DNA of 64,000 nucleotides from Saccostrea echinata (Eukaryota): NCBI RefSeq assembly GCF_033153115.1, contig NW_026889790.1, positions 4,650,001 to 4,714,000 of the forward strand, read 5' to 3'. Shown piece by piece: positions 11,707 to 24,845 of this stretch (position 1 is its first letter; each line of letters starts with the position of its first letter). The notes under the pieces were generated by a model. It saw only the letters and a program-made list of their open reading frames with translations, ran no database searches and was not told where the DNA came from. The position numbers and the translations under genes were made by a program.

Positions 11707-11898
11707 TGAAATATGAAGTTAACGAACAGTAAAGCTCAAATATCCAATAAAAAATACAAATCGGGAGCAGAGCAAACACGGACCTCTAAAAACATCGGAG
11801 GTGAAGTGCCATGGAGGAGGAAGCATCCCCTGCCGACCGATCAGACCTGCCATGTGCTCCGTGTCATGATCGGACAAAAAGAAAAATCCGTGGACAAT
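11707..11898 (-). mobile_element. Penelope-like element 3'-end fragment in intron 1 of peptide copy 1
   Basis: Reverse complement of the 3' region seen at 29170-29370. Confidence 0.8.
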
Positions 11899-12373
11899 GG
11901 AACTCGTAAATTTTCATATCCTGCGATTGGTCATCTACAAAATTACTCTGTTAAAATAATTCTGATTCTACATACAACTATTCTGAAGTTGATATGTAAA
12001 AGATGCTTAAGATGAAATGAGAAAATAAAATTAAACGATTTTCAATTAGTTTACTTTTAAAGAAATGAATCGTTTTACTCACTTTAAAACAATTGCAATC
12101 ATTCGTCTCATTCTTATTATTTATTTCTTTATTTTGAAAAAAGTATCGTTTCTTGCAGCCTCCTGTTGTGAGAATGATGGCGAATGTGACCGAAAGGTTG
12201 ACTGTCCAGAAGGTCAGGTGGAAGCTTGCTCATACAGACAGTGTACATGCAAAGTGGGGACGAGTAAGTGTTTTGCAGATTAACAATCAAACACGATTTC
12301 CATTTACAGTGAAATGAACAACTATCTGTGGTGGACACGTCAAAATCAAACCAGTATAGAATGTTTGTTTTAA

Positions 12374-13356
12374 GGAGGTTGGATCTTGACATCGAATTTT
12401 TTCAAGTATAATTTTAGTTTCTGCACAGACAGCTTAATTAAAAATCAAAAACAACAATTGGGGTCAGTATGCTTTTTTTTGCGCTACAGTGCATTTAATA
12501 TGACCTTTTAGCACTGTAAATGCGTCTGACACTAAAATAACTTTTTCGAAGTTTTTCCTCCAATATTTTTTATCCAAAAAAACATGGTACCAAATACAGA
12601 CTAATTCTCTCTTAAACAAACACATTAAAAACTGTGACAAAGAAAAAGTTTCAAATTACTCTGCATAGTCAATTACTTGACCTTTCTGCACTCACACAGA
12701 GTCATTTTTCTGATATAAATAATTTTTATTCGTTATTTTTAAGTCTTTAGCTTTTACTGAATTTAAGCAGAATGGCCAAAGTTATCTTACATATTCAGAA
12801 AAGGAAATTAAAGGTGGAGGTCCGTCATGGAAATATTTAGGTATTACCATAAAAGTGTTAATTTTAAGGTAAAAGCTGGCAGATTTTTTTCTGGGCTTTC
12901 ACAATTTATTTGCTATAAATTGTCACAATATCATAAGAATCCATACTTAACAGTACTGAGAATACCTCGAAAAAAATTATCATTTTCTGCTAAAAAAAAA
13001 AAAGAGATGATAAAATTCATATTTAATTCAATATATTATTCGCGACCAGCATATTAAAACATTTCACTGCACAAAATAACTGTGTGCAGTTTGCATTGAA
13101 AAGAAGAATCCAAACTTAACAGTACTGTAAATAAATTGAATGAGAAAAAAATGATCATTTTCTGCCTAAAAAAAACCTGCCGCCACAAAATATAGTTTTC
13201 CCAACTTGATGATTTAGCATTGAATGTAATCGTGGTTTTTTTAATTGGAGATAGTATAATTGGCATTTTAGAATCCAAATTTATTGCAAGAACAAAAATT
13301 TGATGCAGAAATTTAGAAGAAAGAAAATCTATCCAAAAGCTCAGGATCGAACCTCC
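12374..13356. mobile_element. Non-autonomous DNA transposon with TTAA TSD (Kolobok-like) in intron 2 of peptide copy 1
   Basis: ttaa|GGAGGTTGGATCTTGA ... TCAGGATCGAACCTCC|ttaa; purine-purine termini and a TTAA duplication. Confidence 0.8.
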
Positions 13357-13615
13357 TTAAGTTTAGTGCTCACAAAAAATTAGAAGTAAAATCTAATCAA
13401 CCTAATCGGGGAAGATTAGGAATTTTCTTTTGAAAAACAAATAAATGTGAATCAATATATGATAAATTCACAGTGTGTTTTTAATTCAGAATGTCTTTTT
13501 GATTATGGCTGCGAAGATGACTGCAGCTCAGACCAAACTCCGGACTGTCGCGGATTTTAATGTTATTGCCATAATGTTTAAGAACAAATAAAGAAGACAA
13601 ACGTTTAACATTATA

Positions 13616-14225
13616 TAAATAGTGCACGTTTTTGAGGGTAACAGTTGAAATTGACACCCCAAGGAAAACCATTGTCAACCGACGCGTCAGCGGAGGTTGA
13701 CAATGGTTTTCCGAGGGGTGTCAATTTCAACTGTTACCCTCAAAAACGTGCACTATTTATTTTATTATACTGAATGTCTTATTGATTTCGGATGTCAAAA
13801 GAAAAATTCGGAGATCGTTGAGTTCACGCTTAGAAAGCTTTCAGACTCCCCTCTTCTATTTTTCTCAATAAGAAAGCTTCGGAAAAGATTTACCAACCTT
13901 TTTATTGTTTGTTTGCTACTCAAAAAGTCCTTTATCGTCTAAAGTTTGCATTCGCAAGGATGTTTCGTCTGTCGTTTGTTGTTTTCAAGTAAGCTACATC
14001 GGACGCAAGCTTTTATTGACGTCGTTTATTCGGCTTCTTTCAAACGCACAACTGACGCTTTGAGAATTCTACAGTGAACCGTACGCGCATGATTTGAACG
14101 CATGTGATATTTTCGTAATGTTACCCGTTGTTAAGTGTGTTGCTAACGCTGAGGGTAACATTACGGATTGTTAAATGCGTGTAAACCAATCAGATATTAG
14201 TATTTAACATGAAAGTATAATAAAA
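13616..14225. mobile_element. Hairpin-headed non-autonomous element (putative Crypton-type)
   Basis: ~65-bp-arm palindrome 13616-13759. TTTTATTATACT after the hairpin is inverted as AGTATAATAAAA at the end. A related half-copy lies at 19630-19915. Confidence 0.6.
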
Positions 14226-14239
14226 CTGATTAATTGATG

Positions 14240-14810
14240 AATGAAATATGGAGATAACGAACAGTATTCAAGCTCGAAGTCCATTTCGACAATACAAATT
14301 GGGAGCAGAGCAAACACAGACCTCCAAAAACATAGAGTGCCATGGAGGAGTGAGCATCCCCTGCCGATCGGTCACACCCGCCGTGTGCTCCTTGTCATTC
14401 AGTATGTAAATAATGACCTAACAATTAGTATGAAAAACACCAGTCTACATTTGACTTAATGAATACTACAGCAATGATATATTGTATTTGATGACAAGGT
14501 CATTGTATAAAACTTGAGAAATGATGACTTCAAACGAAAATGTTGATATCCTTGCTTAATCAACTTTTTTTCAATAGCTTGCCTCGTTTTAGAAACTTTT
14601 TATACTAGAACATGCTCGTCCATATCGAATTAACTGGGAGACAAAACCCCCATATGCAGGTGATAAGGGTATATTGCTACATAAGTAAGGGAAGTTGACG
14701 ATTGAAAAATTGAAGTCTTCACGTTTATCATATAGCTTTGTTGTAAAGTTACCATAAAAGTATTTTTCTAGTAAAATATCCAAAAATGAAACAGATGTGT
14801 CAGACTCTTG
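14240..14810 (-). mobile_element. Penelope-like retroelement fragment (RT C-terminus + 3' end)
   Basis: Encodes DILLEK...TKLYDKREDFNFSIVNFPYLCSNIP..PAYG..VSQLIRY; same family as 28720-29371. Confidence 0.85.
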
Positions 14811-15589
14811 TCTGTTACATGTTACCTCTTTCTTTGTCTTTGGAAAGATTTCGACAGTTTGAAAAAGAAGACTTTCATATTAAATACTTTGTATGAAATA
14901 TGGAGAAAACGAATAGTTATCAAGCCCAAATAGTCCAATGAAACAATACATATCGGGAACAGAGCAAAATACATAATTATAGCAGCTAAAATATTTCGGG
15001 TAAAGAAAGGTTACTTTTCTTTTTCTTTTTTTTTTTTGTAACAATTCTCTTTCTATGATTTCTTGGACTTCTGAATAACAAAATCTATAGAGTTTTGCTC
15101 TAACACCAGACCCCTCAGCCCACAGGAGCTATAAATAGAAGATCTCACTTGTTCATCATAAGAACGCACTTTCTTTGCTAAAAACACATGGAAAGAGCCC
15201 CTGATTTGTATTTTTTCTATGGACTTTTGAGCTTGATTACTGTTCGTTTTTTCCATATTTGTTTAAAGAATAAATGCATTTTCACAATATGATAAAAAGT
15301 GCCCCTTTCTTAGTAATCCCAGATGATAAGGCCATGCATTTCGTAAATTTGGTAGAAGGCGATATGCTTATTATAGTCATGCCAACAGTTTCATTTCTTG
15401 ATGTCTAAAGTAATGAACAAGATTTTTGAAGTTTGCATTCATTTAAAGGTTTTGGTCACAACCTTCAGGCCCCGAAGGCTGGAGGAGGGGGGGGGGCTAT
15501 ATTAATGATATAGGTGACGATAAGGAATAGATATCGATCTTTAGAAAAAAACTACAAATAATTATACATGTCTGTGACCAGGACATAAT

Positions 15590-15778
15590 ATAAATATAGC
15601 AAATCAAAGTGTCAAAGTTATCACTATAGTTAATCAAAGTTTTCACCATGATAGTAAATCAAAGTTTTCATAGTGATCACTATTGTAAATCAAAGTGTCA
15701 AAGTTATCGCTATAGTAAATCAAAGTTTACATAGTGTCAAAGTTATCACTATAGTTAACTATAGTAAACAATAGTTAA
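15590..15778. repeat. Degenerate short-period minisatellite (CTATAGTAAATCAAAGT core)
   Basis: Repeated ATAGTAAATCAAAGT(GTCAAAGTTATCAC) blocks. Confidence 0.75.
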
Positions 15779-15799
15779 GTATTGTATTTTTTGTTAGGG

Positions 15800-16990
15800 A
15801 TTCCCGCCACCCAATGTATTGATCAGGTAGATGGAGTAATCCATAGCCAAATTTAGTGTAAAAACAAAGGCCTAACAATTGGTATGAAATATGTGAGTCA
15901 AAATACGAGACAATAAAAGGTTGTCTTTACTGACAAGGTCATTGTAACAATGATTGTAACAGGTCAGGTAATTTCGTTATTTACGAAATGCTGAGTTTTT
16001 TTTAAATCTCTGCAACATCAATGTTTTTGTCAGTAGCCTGTCTTGGTTTAAAAATTAGTCCTAATCAGAGCATGCTCATGAGTATCGAATCAGTGGAGAG
16101 AGACATAAACATATAAGAAGGTAATAGTTGGATATTACTACATATACATGTATACATAAATAAGGAAAGTTGACTATAGAAAATCTGAAGTCGTCTTGTT
16201 TTTCATACGGTTTAGTATTTACTAGGTCTTTTTCGTCTCTAGTCAGTAAAAAATCAAAATATGAAACAGATGTGAAAGATTCTGTGGTGTCTTTTATTTC
16301 AAGTTTATCTGGATATCACAAGTCGGCATTTGTTTGGAAGTAATTATTGTTACTGGATAAGACGTTATATATGTTTATGTCGATCTGAAGGTCCCAGCAA
16401 CTGTTTTCTTCTTCTCACGAAAAGTCTTTTTGAAAATAAATTCTGCTTCATGGGAATACAAAAATATGAGCACAATTAGTGCCCAGATTATTGGATAGAC
16501 CTTGTCTCCGAACACAACGTAGATGTTGTCAATGAGAAACTCCAGCATCTTTTTAATATCAACCTCAAAGTACTTTTGTGCAGAATCAGAGTGATTTTTG
16601 CAAAATAATTTTGTAAATGACCTGTCACAAGATATGAAAAACCCTGAATTCTATTTGTATTGAAAGAGAAGTTATCTCTGATATCGAAATGCCCTTTTTT
16701 AATTTATCTAAGGAAAGTTGTATAAAGGATCGAAAAGTCATACATTTTGATAATACTGACGTTTGAAAAATTTTATCATTTTTTCTATAAAAGTTCTTTA
16801 GAGTCTTTGAGAATCCACATTTGATTTACAGCTGTAGGACAGTATGTCTGAAGTTCCTCCTTTACATCGGTTAATATTTTATGTAAGGAGTAAAGACAGT
16901 AGCTCGGTAGAGCATTTGTTATACCCTGCAATATATCTTTTTAAGGATCTTTATGAAGTTTAGGAATCCAGTATAGGTATAACAGATCGA
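15800..16990 (-). mobile_element. Degraded Penelope-like reverse transcriptase fragment
   Basis: The minus strand near 16945-16985 reads LYWIPKLHKDP (PLE RT motif); downstream remnants of MLEFLIDNIYVVFG and of the family C-terminus, with many frameshifts. Confidence 0.75.
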
Positions 16991-18255
16991 ACTCCCTTTA
17001 TGGCGTGGCATAGCCCTGTTTTTCATGAGAAAAGTTTTGAAAATTTTCCCTTCATAATCCAATGCAACACTTTGATCCCCAATTCTAGTCTTACTCTACC
17101 CCCGGGGCCATAATTTAAAGAAACTTCAATTTACACCTATCTTGAAGCTTTTACATAAGTTTAATCTTTTCTAGTTTTTCTGGAAATGTTTAAATATCCC
17201 CAGCATTTTGTCACCATATCCTTGTCACATTATGTATTTTCCCTTGAAACAGGACGTTGTCATTCGGCCCTTTATTAGAACAAACTTGAATTCCTTTACC
17301 CATGGATGCTTTGAGCAGGTTTTGTTGAATTTGGCTAGTGGTTCTGGAGTGGTTTTTAAATGGTTTACTGTAGAATCATCATCTTCGTAGAGGTTCAGTG
17401 AGTATTTTTTTTTCACCCTTACCAACGAAGTTATATTTTCACGAACATAAATTTGGAAGTGTATCGGTTCATTTCAAATATTCTGTTTATACGGGTTACA
17501 CACGAAATTACGTTCATTATAGTTTTGTTTGCCCATGAATATTGGCCCCTCTCGAATTTCACGTAAATAAATAATTACTCATAACTATAATCACTTCCGG
17601 GTAGAAGTTCACAGTTAATAATTGACAAAGCAGAAAAAATACAAATATGTGCTTCATATTTTTGTTTTTCAAAATCCATGATAATTACGGGATCTCATAC
17701 AAAGTAACCAAGTGAGTCTAGCATCTTTAGTCGGTGGACTGGATACAACCGGCGTTAAACAGCGTGTAGAGAGAGAGAGATGCAAGACAAATAACAATAA
17801 TAATCATTCTTATTGTATTATTTAGGTCAATTACAAATTTCAAATCTGTGATTTTTGTAAACAGTTGCTTTGCTTGTGTTAAATTCATTTAAAATAAATT
17901 AAATACATTTGTACAAGCTCTACAATCTGTGAAATTTTCCGTTATCTTTCACTTCAGCCAACTGTCAGAAAATATAGCTAACATTGCAAAAAAAAAAAAA
18001 ATCAAGTGAAACATTTTAAGTATATGAGAATACTTGAAAAAAATCGTATGGCTACCGCATAGTCAATAAAAAATTCAACTACAGGGGTCACCATGTCACA
18101 TGTTTTTTGATAACGAAAATGTATAGTGCAACGATATTTAAGGAGCATAATAGATTCTTTTATGTTATTTTGCCATAATATACCCGGGAAGCTCGGTATA
18201 TATAGACGTTTACAGATACCCACAAGATTGGTAGAGAAAGCGACACGACAAAGGC

Positions 18256-18304
18256 ATGGCTTTACTTCTGAAACGCGCAGTTTTCTTTTGGCTGTTTGTA
18301 ACAG
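18256..18304 (+). CDS. Secreted Cys-rich peptide copy 2, exon 1 (signal peptide); exons 2-3 not seen, probably lost in the assembly gap
   Basis: MALLLKRAVFFWLFVT G|gtgagt. About 600 bp of upstream sequence is homologous to copy 1 (10850-11520 vs 17668-18304). A 3' flank homologous to copy 3 reappears at ~19915-20500. Confidence 0.75.
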
Positions 18305-18477
18305 GTGAGTAAATTTCATTTTGGATCACTACAGCAGGTCTGTTTCTCAAACTGCTTACATCAACTTTATACCTTATTTCTTAATGATATATTGGGTAAA
18401 TTTGAATGAAAAAGCACACGTTTTGCAGCCGAACTGTCGCTTTAATATTTCAGAACCATTATTTCCCCACATTTCTT

Positions 18478-18500
18478 ATCGATCGATCGATCGATCGATC

Positions 18501-18537
<37 letters not shown>
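18478..18537. repeat. (GATC)n(GATA)n compound microsatellite
   Basis: Direct reading. Confidence 0.95.
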
Positions 18538-18740
18538 TTCAGTATTCAACTGCAGAACCTTTTGTGGCCTAGATAGTTGTTTGGTTGTTTGTTCCAATAT
18601 GGAAGAGGGAACTATTTTTGATACATGGTTATACGTTTTTTTCCTTCTGATTTTGAATAGATTTAACATAAATAATACATCCCAAAAACGTAAAGAAAAC
18701 GTACGTTGTCTTTGGTGCTGAAATATGTGAATTGCTGATT

Positions 18741-19075
18741 GATTGATTGATTGATTTTATGTTGTGTAACGTCCCATTCGAGAATTTTTCACTTATCGAG
18801 ACGACACCGTATGCCGGTGAAGGACTTCAAATTTGGTCCTATTCATTCAGGGCCATTGAGCAGTGAGTGTTCTTTATCGTGCCAACGCCTACCGAGACAC
18901 AGGACCTCGGTTTTTAATGTCTCATCCGAAAGACCCGTGATTTTCACCTCTAAGGCCGGGCGTTTGGTGAAGGAACAGTCACTACCTATGTATAATTCTT
19001 AGGTTTGGTCTTAGGTTTGATACGGGCCTCCCGACCATGAAGCGAACGCCCTACCACTAGGCTTCTGTGACCGGT
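18741..19075 (-). mobile_element. tRNA-derived SINE (probably Meta-domain type)
   Basis: tRNA-like head at the right end, AAAACCGAGGTCC-TGTGTC...GGCACGATAAAGAAC core and (AATC)n tail; ~14-bp TSD GT(G/A)AATTGCTGATT at 18727-18740 and 19076-19089. Confidence 0.8.
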
Positions 19076-19200
19076 GTAAATTGCTGATTTCTGGAAAAAA
19101 AAGTTTGCATTATTTTCCCTGAAAATATGTGCCATTTTTCCAAACTTTAAGGTCGGCAGATTAGAGTGAAATGAAAAAATAGAATAATGTGATAATTAAT

Positions 19201-19425
19201 NNNNNNNNNNNNNNNNNNNNNNNNNNNNNNNNNNNNNNNNNNNNNNNNNNNNNNNNNNNNNNNNNNNNNNNNNNNNNNNNNNNNNNNNNNNNNNNNNNNN
19301 NNNNNNNNNNNNNNNNNNNNNNNNNNNNNNNNNNNNNNNNNNNNNNNNNNNNNNNNNNNNNNNNNNNNNNNNNNNNNNNNNNNNNNNNNNNNNNNNNNNN
19401 NNNNNNNNNNNNNNNNNNNNNNNNN
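19201..19425. other. Assembly gap (225 N)
   Basis: Run of N. Confidence 1.
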
Positions 19426-19625
19426 TTCAAAAGTCCATTTTAACAATACAAAATAGTAGCAGAGCAAACACGAACCTCTAAAACATCAGAGGTGGGATCA
19501 GGTGCCACAGAGGAGTGATCATTCCCTGCCGACCGGTCACACGTGTGCACGTGTGCTCCTGTCATGATCGGGAAATAACGGAATAATCCGTTGACAATTC
19601 AGTGTGTAAATAATGGCCTAACAAC
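19426..19625 (-). mobile_element. Penelope-like element 3'-end fragment
   Basis: Matches the reverse complement of 29140-29330. Confidence 0.8.
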
Positions 19626-20509
19626 AGCCTCGGTTGACAATGGTTTTCGAGGGGTGAAAATTTTCAATGTTACACTCAACTACATGCAGTATTTATTATA
19701 TCATACTGAATATTTTATACAAAAATATATTACTGTGAACCTTGCGCGCATAAATTCTGCGCAGTCAATATTTTTTGGAATAACACACGTCGTCAAGCAA
19801 TGTTGACTGTTAATTGCTATGCTGGAGGGTGTGGCTTCATTATTCAGCGGGTACTAGTGTTTTTTAACAAATGTTTCTGGACGAATCAGATTTACATGAA
19901 AGTATAATAATAAATAAATACTGAACAATCAAGAACACTTTGCATACAAGAGTTGTATTATTTATTTGCCATTCATAACTCCGTCTTTGTCTGAGATAAT
20001 AGTAGAGTTTACATTTTATTCTGATGTGTGTCGATACCTTCCGCTTGAGCTACTATTTAACTTCCATCAGATCTGAAATACACCTCAAATTATAAAGAAC
20101 CAAACATGCGATCTGACAGAGGACCCACCATGTCATTAAATTACGGAGCACGCGTGATGTACAATTTTACTAACGGTAAATCTTAAATATACAGCTCAAC
20201 TAATAAAGGCCACCTACAATGCGTTTTAATATGTAATATTTTCAAGCCATTTGTGTGGCCAATATATATGTCTGAGACACTTACTTGACATTTTGCTATC
20301 TCTCTTTTCATCCATCCTTCCGCCCGTCCACCCGTTAGTCACACTTTTATTCTTTGATATGTATGTATATGCATAGTATTTGAAAATATATAGATCAATT
20401 ATCATTGCAAGCAGCAGAAAATCAGTATTACGTTTAGCTACAAATACAAAATTATTTGAAGGGAAAGTAGTCTCAGAGAATGGACATGTATATGGGTATG
20501 TTGTCAGAA

Positions 20510-20955
20510 ATGTAAAAGGTGAAGAACAGTGATCAATCTTATAAATTCAGAAAGCAAAACGAATCGCGAACAGGGCTTAAACACAGACCCCTGGAAAGGA
20601 AACACCAAGGGGTGGGGGGGGGGGATCAGGGCCTAGGAGGAATGATTATCTGATGTTGACCGATCACACTCGCAGTTAGCCCTATTTATTGATCAAGAAA
20701 AAGCAGTACCACGTGGTCAAATTTAGTATGAAAACAATGGCTTGACAAATAGTTTGAAACATGCCAGACAAGAGCGAAAAACTGACTCTAAACGGGGTTG
20801 TTGAAATTCTTCGTAACATCAACTTATTTGTCAGTAACTTGCCTCGGTTTAAAGATTACTCAGAGCAAGATCTTAAAATTGCGTATTGAATCAGTTGGGA
20901 GACATAAACACCATATGTAGGTGATGGTGGAATATAGATACATAAATAAGGGATG
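20510..20955 (-). mobile_element. Penelope-like element fragment, divergent subfamily
   Basis: Same 3' motif (GATCAGG-GCCTAGGAGG...GACCGATCACAC) plus an RT C-terminal remnant (YGVYVSQLIQYA). Confidence 0.7.
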
Positions 20956-22224
20956 ATCGTACGTCTGTCACACTTTCTTCCTCCTAAACAGTAACCAATT
21001 CATCTTTGGGAATATGAAAGGTGGTGTCAAATGCAATAAAATTTCAGAATTTTCATTTTCATCCTGGAGCCAAATACTTTTTTCACAAAACCTGGTCGCC
21101 AGAACCCTTCTTTCATTTTACGCCAAATCATCTTTTTGGAATATGATACGTTGTGTACTGTAGATGTGCAGTTGGGGTCAAAAAACTTTTTCTTTAAAAA
21201 TAAATGTGGTTCCCTAAACTCCTCTTACATTTTACGGCGTAGAAAGTGTTATGTAGTTATTTAAACCACCATTCCTTCAACAGCATCGATAGCATAGTAA
21301 AATGAGTGTCTGACTACGCAAGGAAAGGCACCGAGTTTGACCCCCAGGAGTGCTACACTTTTTCTAAGTATGAAAATATAACTTTATAAAATTTTATACA
21401 AGTTCTTGCTCGAGTAGAGGCCCGGGAAGAAGAATTTGTTCACCGTTTTCAATGTTAATTGAAACTCTCCATTTCCTGAAAAGTAATGGAGCTCTCAAAC
21501 AAAAGAATGACGTCACTAAAGTGTTAATTTAAAAGTTTAATTTAATCTATTACCCCTTAAAAGGATTTTTAATGACATTTTTACTCCGCCAAATAGTAAT
21601 CTAAAAGTTTTGAAAATAAATCGTTTTGAGGGATGATGGATTTAGAGTAAATGATGAATTATCATTTTAACGACAATTACAATAACTAATAATTCTTTTA
21701 ATTTCAAATTTAATTTTCACCGTTCAAAACTTGTACAATAATCTTCTACAAAGAGCATTGACAGAGGTGTTGAGAGCATAAAAAGACAAGTGTGGATAGA
21801 GAATGTTTTTATTTTATAATAGAATAATTTTTGTCGAGATTTTTTCCCCAGAAAAGTTTTGTCATAATTTCATAAATTTCAATAATGAGAACTTTACTCT
21901 AAATACTAAATTCATAAAATGAATATGATTTTTAGATATTTGAAGCTATAGACATTCTGCACGCCTTGTTCACCCATCTCCTTTACATAATTATATTTTC
22001 AGAGAGTTTAGTTACACGTCACACACGAACTTGTACTAATTACGTCATCAATTATTGTGTTCTTTGACATCATGAAATCCCGACGTATACCTACAAGTAT
22101 AGCACGTGTAAAATAGACTCTTTGAAGTTTGAAGAGGCGGATCAAAATTTAGAAGAATGAGCTGTGTGAAAGTTTTTGAATGATGGTACTACTGCGCTTG
22201 CCCCAACGGTCACATGGTAAAACA

Positions 22225-22907
22225 TAATAGCGAGCGCAGCTAGCGGCGCGAAGGTAGCTCAATACACTTACGTGTAAGGACAGAGAAAATTCGACTTAAA
22301 ATTTATGTTCGCCAAGCAACTTTTTATGTGAAACCTGCCCAGAATACCTTCTCTTCAAGCATTCCATGTGAAAATGGCGAATGTAACAGACCCGTAGTTA
22401 TCGCGAAGATTTAGTTCTTGCAGTAACATAAAAGCAACACAAAATAATTGCATCTACTCTACAATGTCTTTCGCTAAAAAAGAATGCACTTGGCCTATTT
22501 AGAATCCGTAACTGAAATGCAGCTTACATACGACTGTGTCTTGAACAGTTGAAGTTTGAAGAGGCAGATCAAATTTACAAGTGTTTACAAGCTGTGTAAA
22601 GGTTTCTGGTGGAACAACTGCCCTCGCCGAAATGGTCACAATCACCGTTATTTAAACAAAGAACGTTTTATTAATCTACCATCTGTATGCAATATCCATT
22701 AAATCATGGCGTTTAATTTTTGTGAATATTTAATTGTTGTGAACGCGAGAACGAAGTTAGAAGCATTCGAGTTGCATTGTCAACCTTGAGGACTGCTGAA
22801 AAAAATTAATTTGGATCAATGTGTCCGAATTTTCTCTTCGTCCAGGCGTTGTTGTTAGACTTCGCAGTGCAAGCGGCGCTTTGCGCCGTTCGTTGCGCTC
22901 GCTATTA
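22225..22907. mobile_element. Non-autonomous TIR element (ATAATAGCGAGCGCA termini); related copy at ~49402-50370 in the opposite orientation
   Basis: ATAATAGCGAGCGCA ... TGCGCTCGCTATTAT. 22820-22880 is the reverse complement of 49410-49467; both share internal GAAGAGGCGGATC blocks. Confidence 0.6.
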
Positions 22908-23625
22908 TATCATATTCTTTCAATTAAGGAGGGATTCTTCTTCTTCAAGAATATTTCTTGTATCTAAAAATTAATGAAATATTCATATATTCAAGAAGAC
23001 ATCATCAATGAGTGATGGTATTAATTAGATTAAATATGAACATTTTATTTTAGAAGCAAGCTCAGGTCAAGGTTATTATCTTTTTCCTTGACATTAAGAA
23101 TGAAAATTACTGTTGCCAATCATGCAATGCCTACTTCTATTTCAAAAGAGTAAATTCAGAATGTTTTGCAAAGAACGTAAACTCTTTCAGGATGAGAACG
23201 AGCATCATCTCTTATGCATTTAAAATGGCCGAAAAATATTTTGCGTGGGTTTGTGTTTATCTTTTCTTTCTTCATTTTAAATTTTTTTTGAAATAAAATT
23301 AAGCGTGAACACGTATGTCATATCTTTGGCCAGGGAATCCACTTGACATTTGTATTGACCTAAAGTACAGCAAAGGAATGCCTAGAATTCTATCTTTATT
23401 TAACAAGTGTTTGTAAATATGAGAATTGGAATAACAGAACATAATGGACATATTATTATTTGTGAAATGCCTGGAAAAAATATGATTGTGTTTTTTACGA
23501 GTGCGAGTAGATTTGGTCTTTTCCAAATGTAAAATTCCTGTAGGATTCGTAGTAACCCTTAATGTAATTCTCTTCAGTCAGCTGATTTGACGGACAGTTT
23601 TAAGTCACGTTGGTACCCCTTTAGG

Positions 23626-23920
23626 GTCGCCGGAGTGGCGCATTGATTAGAGCGTTGGCTCGAGAGTCGGGGAGTAAAGAGTTGTTCCTTATGTAGCAGT
23701 TTGAATCCACTGTGTGACGTGGAGACTGGTCAATCAAATGAGACCGTATAAACCAGGTCCAGTGTCGCAGGACGTGTGGTACACAAATAATCTTTCACTA
23801 ATCAAAGGCTGTAAGTGCCAAATGCAGGTCTAAATTTGCAGCCCTTCACCGGCCAAGTGGTTGTTCTCAATATGAGTGCAAAATTCTCGAAGGGATTTTT
23901 AACAAGCAAACAAACGAACC
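23626..23920 (+). mobile_element. tRNA-derived SINE (related to 18741-19075 and 40297-40545)
   Basis: A/B-box-like head, AAACCAGGTCCAGTGTCGCAG core, CCCTTCACCGGC, (AAAC)n-like tail. Confidence 0.72.
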
Positions 23921-24069
23921 TCATTCAGCATGTAAATTAAGGCTGACGCCAGAAAGTATATGCATGCATTTTTGTTCAAAAAGAAATTTTGAAACATAAC
24001 TGCAGGAAATAGTGTCATTAAGAGTACTAATTAAAACATTTAAATTAATTCTTGAGATTATTTTTGACG

Positions 24070-24310
24070 TTTATCATACTAATTGTTAGGCCATTATTTA
24101 CACAGTGAATTGTCGACGGATTTTTCCGTTATTTCCCGATCATGACAAGGAGCACACGGCGAATGTGACCGGTCGGCAGGGGATGCTCACTCCTCCATGG
24201 CACCTGATCCCACCTCTGATGTTTGGAGGTCCGTGTTTGCTCTGCTCCTATTTTGTATTGTTTAAAGGACTTTTGAGCTTGAATACTGTTCGTTATCATC
24301 ATATATTTCA
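24070..24310 (+). mobile_element. Penelope-like element 3'-end fragment
   Basis: Nearly identical to 29135-29371. Confidence 0.85.
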
Positions 24311-24845
24311 ATTAAGTATATTTTCACTGATACTACATTGTATTATACAGTAGTCTCACTCAATCTCGCCTGCGCTACTGCAAACTCCTCGGGCATTATA
24401 ATTTTCAGGACACCAAAAAATAAAGGTTCCGAACACATTAGTAGGGGTGCATGGACAACTATTGACCTTTTTAACAGTTTAAAAAATTCAGCACAGATAA
24501 TAATTTCACTTTTCTCAGGGAAAAAAGTTATATGACCAGTACATATTTATAGGCAAAAGTTGACCACATGAATCACCGTGTTACAAAGTTAACATATGTT
24601 TTAAGATCCAGGATGCATGCATCGTGTACCCAATGATAAAATAGATCTGTTTACTTATAAAATCCTGTTATTTTAGAATAGGATAAAATCATGTTTTATG
24701 TTATATTATACCAGGCACATTTACACGTATGTCCACGTATGTAAAAGATTTATCCTGATAGTTATATATATATATATATAGACGTATGAAGGCATCCAGC
24801 CAGGACAAATACAGTTAGAGGGAAGCGACACAAAGGGAAAACAGT

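Larger units (their letters stand above)
11472..13581 (+). pseudogene. Secreted two-module Cys-rich peptide, copy 1 (premature stop in exon 3; truncated or pseudogenised)
   Basis: Exons 11472-11520 (MHLLVKHVVIFWLFVT, G|gtgagt), 12159-12263 (ASCCENDGECDRKVDCPEGQVEACSYRQCTCKVGT, |gtaagt) and 13490-13581 (KCLFDYGCEDDCSSDQTPDCRGF*CYCHNV*). All introns are phase-1 GT-AG. TAA at 13558-13560 aligns with an Arg (CGA) codon in the paralogs. Confidence 0.8.

Noticed and set aside
12065-12283. Single-exon ORFs covering the Cys-rich exons (also 26145-26516, 31651-31926)
   Set aside because: Homology between paralogs starts at the AG and the coding match ends at the GT; the ORF extensions are intron sequence.
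19147-19467. ORFs spanning the N run, and ORFs over (TA)n tracts (2234-2428, 54104-54424)
   Set aside because: Artefacts of gap or low-complexity sequence.
21283-21357. tRNA-like stretch
   Set aside because: Only weak A/B-box resemblance and no cloverleaf; probably a decayed repeat.
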